This document shows positions 55,724-64,000 of a stretch of 64,000 nt of DNA, piece after piece. The stretch's first letter is position 1. Every line of letters begins with the position of its first letter. The notes below the pieces were generated by a model that was given only the letters and a program-made list of their open reading frames with translations, searched no databases and was not told where the DNA came from. The position numbers were made by a program, and so were the translations under genes. Source of the DNA: Lobosporangium transversale (taxonomy: Eukaryota); contig NW_019028995.1 of NCBI RefSeq assembly GCF_002105155.1, positions 310,001 to 374,000 of the forward strand, read 5' to 3'.

Positions 55724-57293
55724 CTAGAACTTGAAGACATGGTCATTAGTTAATCCAAGCTCCTTCAAGGCACCATCAACATCACCTTGGGTGAAGTTAG
55801 GGCCTTTAGGTCCACTGACAGACTTCATCATAGCTAATAACAGACATGTCGAAATTAATTAACACGCAAATCCTAGTTTTGCTAACAGTTTAAACAAGGA
55901 AGGATCAAACTTACGTGGTGGTCCACAGACAAACACCTTGGTGTTGCCCTGTCCGATCTCAGGGTTGTACTTCTTGATTAGCTCAGCAGTAACGTATCCA
56001 GTAGGGCCAGTCCATCCCTCTACGGGTTTATCAACGACGTAGGTAACCTTGAAGCGGTCTGGATGGGCCTTAGCAAAGGCATCAATCTCATCCTTGAGAA
56101 TAATGTCTTCTGGAGTGACATTAGCGAAGATAAGGTTAATCTTAGTTTTATCTGCCTTATCTTTGAGGAGTCCACCGATGATCTGAATCATGGGTGTGAT
56201 ACCGGAACCACCAGCGATCAAGGTGACAGTCTCATGCTGGTTAGCTTTGAGAGGATACTTGCTGATAGGACCTAGCGTCGCACGCACAAGTTACGTATAC
56301 ACAAATCTACTCAATATGGCGCCAACATAATAACAAAAAAAAAAGATTCTTAAAAGTAATAATCGATACTGACCCTTGACAGACAGGGTGTCACCGGGTT
56401 TCATGCTATGGATGTGAGATGACATTGGACCTCCTGTTACATGTAGCATTTACGACATGAAGAAATTTTTAGTTTGTGTCATGACAGACAGGTACCAATT
56501 AAGTCAGACTGATATTTTCCGTGAGAAACATTTCTATCAAAAAAACACATACCTTCATAACGCTTGATGACAAAGTCGAATGAACCAGTACGATCAGAAT
56601 CAGAGGTAGGAGTGTAAGGACGAATAATAGGCTTGCCATCTTCTTTGATAAACTTGGTAACAACACAGGATGCTACATCCAAACCCAACTTCTGGTTCTC
56701 CTCCAGCTCAAATGTAAAGCGACTGGTGTTTGGAGTCAACTTTTGCACACTCTTCAACTTGAAGTCAACAAAGGCGTTAGGATCCAAAGCAGAGGAAACA
56801 GGGCCCTTCTTTGTAGCCTCATCTTCTACTGTGGGAGCGGTAGTAGATGCGCCTCCCAACTTGTCACCATAATACATATACGCGGCTACATTGGAAATTA
56901 TGTTAAAAAATCATGATAACAAGTAGAACTAAGATCTTCGCTATTTGTCATCTTGATGAATAGTCATGGTGGGAAGAGAGAGTCATATGGATATAAAAAA
57001 AAGAGAGAAAGAGGAAGGAGACAGACGACCTACCTGCAGCAGCGACACCAAGAGGAAGGCCAACAGTCAGCAACTTGCTGGAACCGCCCGCTGGCTTACT
57101 AGAAGTCGAGTAAGATTGCCTCTACAGGAAAGCATAGCAAAGGATAATTGTTTTAATTGAATCTCTCCAATCATTGTATCTGAATTCCCTTTGAACATTG
57201 GCCATAAGGAAGCTCATATGCAAGCAAATAGAAATATTAACATACTGAAAAGGCACGAATACTAGATTTGAAAGGGCTGATCAATCGGAACAT
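55724..57293 (-). CDS. MCR1: Mitochondrial NADH-cytochrome b5 reductase, multi-exon
   Basis: Motifs IIRPYTPTS (FAD-binding RxY(T/S)), LIAGGSGITPM.Q and VFVCGPP, a C-terminal VFKF*, and a presequence-like first exon MFRLISPFKSSIRAF. Confidence 0.92.
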
Positions 57294-57605
57294 CGTGAAC
57301 GCGAATGCAGAACAGAGTGGAGGAATGAGTCTGAAATAGAAACATTGCAAGGTGCGTGAATTCCAATTAAAAAACCAACTCTCAAATACGCCACATCCAT
57401 TAAATCCCACGCACGCCATGCAAATTTAATATTTCTCTTTTTTCACATATAAAGCATTAATTGCCACTCTTTCGCACTGTACTTTATTTTATTTTTTTAA
57501 TAACAGGGATCTCCAGGGATTAAGAAATACCTATGACTTATTGAGTCATTAAGCGCCTTTCATTATCGAGTATAGACAATATTGTCTGTAGACTTTTTTT
57601 TAATT

Positions 57606-57770
57606 ACAAGGACCCTCAGAGTCATGGGATGATGTTATCTGTTGATCTGTACGGTTTTTAAAGTTAGTCCAGAAATTCAAGGGCAAAAGATTAGGTAGAA
57701 AGGATACAGACGAAAATAAACAGAACTTACAAATTTTTTTGTGGGTGTGCCGGCACCCAAATACTTGTGT
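57606..57770 (-). ncRNA. Candidate Fanzor omegaRNA scaffold / element 3' end
   Basis: Lies directly 3' of the RuvC stop codon. It contains hairpins (TGGGTG..CACCCA at 57742-57759; GACCCTCAGAGTC at 57611-57623) and three blocks conserved in a second copy at 63602-63680. The RNA call is inference only. Confidence 0.4.
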
Positions 57771-60700
57771 CTAGCGTCGTGCGCGCTTTGCACCCGGAGC
57801 AGACGACTCTTCCGAGGGTTTGCACTTTGCAGGTCTCTCTTGCCTCTCAATTTGAGCAAGACCGATTCTTGCGATGTTTTCCGCCCCTACTGCGTCACGG
57901 TCGAAGAATACCTTACATGCGCGGCAATATTTAGAGCAAGGGTACACAGCCTCTAAAAAGCTATCGCAGAGGGGTCGGGGACAGCGGGCGCTGGTGTAAA
58001 ATTCGTGCGCCCCTACAGTGAAGTGTCCTCGTGCTTTGACCTAAGCGTTTCAAATGGCAGTCGTTTATTAGCAAAGGTTCTATGGCTTTCCAGCTTTTTT
58101 TACTTTTTTAAAAAAGTCATACCTGTGTGACAAGGTGTCTCGTTATAGTAGTGTGCTTGCTGGGAACTCCCTTACTACTTTCAAAGGACCCTAAGCCGAC
58201 GACAAGCACTCCTTTTTCCCCGAGCATCTTCAATACTCGCTGCACCGCATAGTCGAACGTAGCTCGTTGAGCCTTTCGTAAGTCCCATTTTTTTTTTTTA
58301 GGTGCCATCTGGACTCGTAGAACTCTTGAAGCACATCCAAATTCTTTGATCCTGTCTGTGTCTGGGATTCTTCGTTCATCCATTGAAAGTACTCGTTGTA
58401 CGCATCCCTTCCAAACACAGGGGATGGCGCTCTCAACCTCAATCATTCCTTTTTCACGCTTCCTTTTGTTCAACAGGTGATTGAAGCGGAGGACGGGGAG
58501 GTACAAGAACCTGCTTCTTACCTTCACCGTTTGCCGCAAGTTAGGGTTGTGAGGGTCCAGCGAGGAAAACGTAAGGGCGTTAACAATACCAGGATCACAT
58601 CCGACGATAGTTGTGGTGTTTGCGGATGGGCATCGCCCTGGCTTGTTGAATGTGAGCTCAACGTTTTCAAGCAGCTTGGAGCTCCTCTTCCAGTTTATGT
58701 TTGCATAGTCTTCATCTGTCAGGTCTTCACCGGCTGCCTTTGAACACGTCGTGTTGAGAAATCCCTGAGAAAACTCCAGTTCTTGGCTGGGGTCTTCTTC
58801 ATCTACGTCAGACTGCTGCTGTCTCTTCGTCTGGGTTGTGTCATAGGCAAGTAGATTCAGAACTAGACCGTTGGTAGAAATCGTTTCTTTGAGTTTGAAC
58901 CGAGTTATATCTTTGTCTTGTGACTGTAGGAATACTTTGTCTCGATATCCATGAACCATGCGATCACCTCCAATGTCACAAAAGAGAGCCTGTATCAAAA
59001 CCCCTTTTGTTCCCTGTACACACTCATACATTGCAGTCTTGGAAGCATTATTGAGAGGCAGAATGCGCTCCAGCAGCTGCTTGGTATCTTCGTTCGCCCA
59101 GAGGACGTCAACTAGGGCGTGTTCAGACAGATACACATACCTGGGTGACCAGGGGGGCGTAGGAAAGTCTGAGTATTTTTTCACTTTTTTGTTCTCCCGC
59201 AAAAAAAACTCAATGTCGCTCATATCTTCGTTTGTTTTCTGGACATCAAACTAGAAAAAAATAAAAGAGTCTGAATATAGAGCATTTGATTGCAGAATAT
59301 GCATGAAAATAACCTACACAAGGTTATACCATTGCGTTCCTGTAGTGCTGCCTTAATGATGTCTGTACTTGGCCCATTAGTAGCTCTGACGCTCTTGGAA
59401 ATGAGATCTTTTTGGGATCAAGCCTTGCACGTCCCCCAATGTGATGTCTATTTCCTTTATTGGGGAAAGTTCAGTGGTGGCCTTGAAATGTTCATAAGCG
59501 AGGATATAGTGGGCGTTTCTACCGCCCTTCCTTGTTTTTCTGCCCTCGCGTAAGCTGAATAGGGGGCCACCTTGGCCACTTAAAAGAAGGGTGGCGAGAC
59601 AGAAGGAATAGTTAGTGCTATCCAAGACCTCGTCCAGTGCCTTTTTCCTCGACCTTGCTACCCCTGGTAGCCGCATGATCCTCTCAATGTCCAAGGCAAT
59701 CGCCGAGTATGCATAGCGGCGTAGTCGGCTGCGGACAGCAACTGCCCCTCGGATCTGGCTTGCAATATTATCCCTTTCATCTGCGTCCAGTCTGCCTTTC
59801 CTTGCCATGGAAGCCTTGAGGGGTCCAATTGTTAAGGCCTTGATAGGATGCTTACTACTGTAGCTGTGATCAACCTTCGTAGCATCCTTCAAGTTCCTAA
59901 TTGGTGCACCTTCTTTTTTTACCCCTGTGGAGCTTCTTGCCTTTGTGCTTCCGCTTTTGTTTTTTCTGTTGCTCTTTTTTGCCTTTTTCCGACGTGGTGG
60001 ATGCCTAAGGCCCGGCCTATCGTGCTGACGGCAGTTACTGATATCAACTGTGCGCTCATTCAATATGCTCGGCTTGTCAGAAAAGATGGGCCGGTACTGG
60101 TTTCTATGTGACCCTTTCGCTATATAGAATGATGGTGCGTCTCTACACTATCCAAGAAAGGGACTAACGATTAGTATTGGGGACGTTTGGTTTCAGACCA
60201 AAACTATAGCTTGAGCTTTCTTACGTTCTGCGGCGCTGCGTTCGCCTTTGCTGAGCCATTCTATGACGAAGTTCCTTTCCTTTGAGTAGACACTGCTTGA
60301 AGTTATCGAACTCATTGTTCGATGGTAACGCTCGGGCCGACGTTTGATGGCCGGAAGTAAAAACACGGAGAGCTACTCTGAAACGGCCTTCTTCAGAGGC
60401 TGCGTTCCTTCCCAACATCTTACTAGCTTCCCTTAGGTAATCTCGAAGCATCTTATTGTAGTTTCTGCTCCACGCAACCTTTTGAATTAATTGAGGATTA
60501 TTAATCGGGCCCAACGTCTCGAGGTTCCTTGAGTAATCATTGCCTGCGATGGCACAGAATAACACCAGATATTCGTGTGATGGCAGGCTTAGTGCTTGGA
60601 TAACGTTATCTACATCGTAAACCCCAAACTTCTGTCTACGGTGTGGAGGGGGTCGCACTAGGATGCAGACTCGTTCGTACGCAAAAAAATCAGAGTCTTG

Positions 60701-61248
60701 GGATATCACGATCCTATCATTCTCCTCATTATGGCACCCTATGCATGGGTCCGCTTCATATGTACACAGACAGACATCGAAGACAGAGCCAAGGCCTATT
60801 GCCAGCTGATCCTTGAGGGTGTGGACTTCTCGAAGACCCTTCTGGATGCGCCTTATGACTTGAGGACGAGTCCATACCCCACTCTGAGAATTTCTCCCGA
60901 AGGCGTTCATATCGTTCTCCAAAGCATCCATATTTTTTTGTCTTATGGCTTGCCGTTCTGTTCTTGCTTTTTCTTTCTCATTACAAGGCCTCCCATCAAT
61001 ATGTATAGTCAGATTGTCCGTTTTAAAAAGATCCTTTATCTCGAGCGTCAGGGACCTTCCTACATCAATGATGGATTTGCTTTTCATCTTTGCATGGACG
61101 TCTCTACGGTGGATGTTGTAATAGAACGTACCGAGGAGATCTACATGAACAGAATGGTCAGGATTTGCCGCCAAGAAAGTGCCCACGTCAGTTTCCGAAG
61201 GTAAACCCCGCGATCCGCAACCAGTTTGAAGAAGAACTTCAGCCCCAT
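57771..61248 (-). CDS. PIN (FEN1/XPG-like) nuclease fused to Fanzor/TnpB-type RuvC endonuclease; 4 exons, about 1080 aa after repairing four homopolymer frameshifts
   Basis: Exons at 61248-60225, 60142-59330, 59250-58123 and 58040-57771 join in phase through GT-AG introns. PIN motifs: MGLKFFF, HVDL, HIDG..CNEK, EAD, SQDSDF, GNDY. RuvC-I is IVGCDPG, RuvC-II is AHEFYTSARC, the Zn finger is CPRPLC...CRAC and RuvC-III is DRDAVGAENI. Confidence 0.8.
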
Positions 61249-63565
61249 GATCAATATCTAAGCGAAGGAGAAAGAAAAAAGGAAAGATGGTGGTGATGAA
61301 AAGAAATGAAAAAGAAAAAAAAAGAGCGACAAAGGTATAAATGGATGAGCTTTTTTATGGTTTAAAGATCCAAAGTGAATAGATAAAGAATATTGAGGAA
61401 AAGATACAGGAACAAGTAGCAGTGGTAAAAGGGATGGGACTTTGGAGCGAGCGAGTGGGAAAGGAGGAAGACAATGATCCCTTTTTATATCCTGGATTGA
61501 TGATGAGTTTTATCATTGTCTCATATAGTTTTGATATCGATCCTTTGCTTCACAGGCCACATCAATTTTTATTCAGTTCCTTTGTTTGGATTGGGGTTTT
61601 GTCCAAGTCAATAGTAGAGATCGACAAATAAATACAAGCTCTCGCATGAATGGCAGATCGGAAACAATAGCACTGAGATACCAAAGTGAGCATTCAAAAA
61701 AATTATCTCCATATACAGCATACAGTGTTGATGTCGATCCTTTGTTATACAATTTTTTTTCAGTTTCTTTTTGCATTGGCCCTTGCTTTGTGAGGAATTT
61801 AATGAATAAAAAAAAAAATTATAGTATTAAACAAGGGTAGTAAATACGTTGACAGATTTGACTCGGTGTGTAGGAACTGGTTTTGAAACAGGTGATTACA
61901 TCCTTGTCAAAGGTAACAACAAGAGAAAAAAAAGTCTTTTTTATCAAAGAATGGGTTCAGATGTCGCTCTTTGCTCCAACAGCCCCAGTACTATTGTGTT
62001 AAAGCAGAGATATTCGTTGGCTCTCAGGTTTCGGCATCAATGGCGGAGATAGGAGTGATGTAGTTGCATGCGCTTATTGCTTGGAGTAAAAGCTATCTAA
62101 GCACCCTTTCTTACTGGACGATGCCTTGTTAATGGTGATATTGCGCAGCGCCTTGTGGATGGAGGGAGAGCAGAAGCGAGAGTGGTGGTTTTTGGCGGTC
62201 GTTTGGTGTGTGTATGTGCGAATTTGATGGTTGATACCAATCGCCAAATTATATGAATATAGAATTACAGAAGCGAGATTAATACCGACGCGTTTGAGTT
62301 TCTTTCCTTGAGATTGTTATAACCATGGGATGATTGCGGAGTGGCCACCAAAATAGTTTGTTTATTTCTTCTGGAGGCTCCATTGGAAAGCGCTTGTGTT
62401 TTGAAGTTGCCTAGAAAACAAAAAAAAAACGCCGCGATGCAAAATGTGTTTCTATGCGTGCAAAAACCAAAGAGATGCTTTAGCTGTTTATTCAATAGCC
62501 TGGTGCATGTTCATGTACACACGACTGATAGTGATTGATTAACAAAAGGAAACTCTCGTCTCATCCCATGCATGTACCGCCAAATATTTTCGAAACAATA
62601 AAAGGCATGTACAGACAACAAAGAAGCACGTCAACTGTTTGATTGCTTGATCAGTATCCTCCAGTTTACTCACGTATAATATTTTTTTCTATTCACTCTT
62701 GGCGTGCTTGTACGTCTATTAAGTTTTCTGTCTGGTCGTATAACACTAGGAACCCCCCACGCCAGAAAAAAAATACTTCCCATGGTTGGTGCCAGGTCTG
62801 AAAACAATAATAATAATGCACATGCCGTGCATGGAAGATAGGGCCTTGACACTATGACCATTGTTATGCAGACTCACCGAAATCAACTTGTGATCACAAC
62901 TGCTACTCATGCTCTGTTGCCAAGGGCTTGAAAAGGGACACAAACCTCTTCTTCCTTGTTCTCATAATCCCTCACATCCTTTCAATACTTTCGCCGTAAA
63001 TGTCCATTACATTTGAATCACACATAGGCACTTCACCATTACATATATCACCTTGGGTATGATACGTTGGTGTGGTTCCCTCCAGTTTCAACAGGCCCAA
63101 CAAACTCTATTAGCAGTGCTTACCAACCCAGATATATCAAAGGAACGCAAGAAGACGAGGAAGCAAACGATGTGAAAAATCAGGTCTCGCCGAGTTGTAC
63201 AGGAAAAGATCAAGTTAGTCAAGCTTCATGGTGCGGTAGAATGAATCAACTCAGATTGCACTGCTTTCAAGTCGAGACTACGGCGGCGAATATTACCATT
63301 GCTATATTACACCAGTCAATAAATAAACGATACAATGGGCTCCCAAGCGGATGCTAGAGTCATGCGAAAGTTTTCATGAGTTTTTTTATTTGCACAAATA
63401 AAGAAGCCAGGATAGTTCCTGGATTTTAAGCCCATTTATAATGGTAAATTTGCCCTTGTTATGGATGAAGGGATAATACTAACGTAGATGGTGGGGATTT
63501 ATGTCTGTTTCGTCCAGCGTTCAGCCGTTCTTTCAGGATCGTCCCGCGCAGCTATCGCTCGACTT

Positions 63566-63598
<33 letters not shown>

Positions 63599-63601
63599 AT
63601 A

Positions 63602-63680
63602 ACAAGGACCCTCAGGGTCATGGGATTTATTTTCTACACTCTATGAACAAAATGCTCCAGAAACTATAGTCAATAAACAG
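63602..63680 (-). repeat. Second copy of the element-end motif
   Basis: ACAAGGACCCTCAGGGTCATGGGAT (63602-63626) is 24/25 identical to 57606-57630. It is followed by the shared blocks TCCAGAAA and AATAAACAG and preceded by poly-T. Confidence 0.8.
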
Positions 63681-63795
63681 CTATTACTGCACAAACGACA
63701 AGAGCCGCTGTATCCATGATTTCATAAACCCTGACCGCCGTGGTTGGTACTCAAAGTCCACCTTTCCGACGTGGCCTGTTGCGCAACGCGACAAA

Positions 63796-63999
63796 TTATC
63801 CGCTATCCATAGTCATCAAAAACTTCATTCCACCTAGCCGCTCCATCACGTCCAGTTTGGTTTTCCCAAGGTAACTGTCCCGGACTCGGTCATCCGCGAT
63901 CTTGTAGATCTCTTTTACATTCAGCTTCTGTCTTTGTCTGAGGGAAGGGACAAGGAAATCATTGCTACTACGTCTGTGCTCCCCAACACAGTTGCGTCC
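63796..63999 (-). CDS. C-terminal end of an unidentified ORF running in from the right edge
   Basis: Open frame GRNCVGEHRRSSNDFLVPSLRQRQKLNVKEIYKIADDRVRDSYLGKTKLDVMERLGGMKFLMTMDSG*. The sequence is GC-richer than its flank; no family was recognised. Confidence 0.4.
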   Translation of the reverse strand, partial: GRNCVGEHRRSSNDFLVPSLRQRQKLNVKEIYKIADDRVRDSYLGKTKLDVMERLGGMKFLMTMDSG

Positions 64000-64000
64000 T

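Larger units (their letters stand above)
57606..61248 (-). mobile_element. Putative Fanzor-carrying transposable element (5' boundary not identified)
   Basis: Encodes a TnpB/Fanzor-like protein and ends at a repeated motif next to a poly-T run. No DDE transposase or Rep/Helicase was seen in the window. Confidence 0.5.

Noticed and set aside
60221..61186. Host FEN1/EXO1/XPG housekeeping gene
   Set aside because: Highly divergent from those orthologs, carries a 5' frameshift, and splices in phase into the RuvC-containing exons.
60698..61296. Plus-strand ORFs (168 and 68 aa) and similar antisense ORFs across the window
   Set aside because: Shadow ORFs opposite genuine coding exons.
62600..63400. 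Possible transposase remnant upstream of the Fanzor gene
   Set aside because: No DDE, HUH/Rep, helicase or recombinase motifs were found in the frames I translated.
57491..63680. Repeated 25-bp palindromic motif considered as a CRISPR repeat or LTR pair
   Set aside because: Only two good copies 6 kb apart plus one degenerate copy, with no regular spacers or cas genes. It is too short for LTRs and there is no TG...CA, gag or pol.

Overview
Intron-containing fungal genomic DNA with very abundant poly-A/poly-T tracts; gene content and style suggest an early-diverging fungus (Mortierellaceae-like, inferred). The first ~57.3 kb holds mostly housekeeping genes: PIS1 3' exon, Kelch-BTB protein, single-pass surface protein, UNC-50/GMH1, CaMK1, head-to-head mitochondrial ribosomal proteins mL54/uL24m, a small mitochondrial-type protein, TilS-like lysidine synthase, GH17 BtgC-like glucanase, PP2A B'' subunit, rhodanese-PTP, subtilisin, dymeclin, an SLC35 transporter and MCR1. 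It also holds an SGT1 pseudogene fragment and two tandem secreted His1 (LPMO-like) paralogs. The highlight is at 57.5-64 kb: a four-exon minus-strand gene that splices a FEN1/XPG-type PIN nuclease domain in frame to a Fanzor/TnpB-type RuvC plus Zn-finger domain. Its last exon is absent from the ORF track. It is followed by a hairpin-rich 3' region whose conserved blocks recur 6 kb away behind an unrelated ORF, making it a candidate omegaRNA or element end. All assignments come from manual translation and motif recognition, not database searches.
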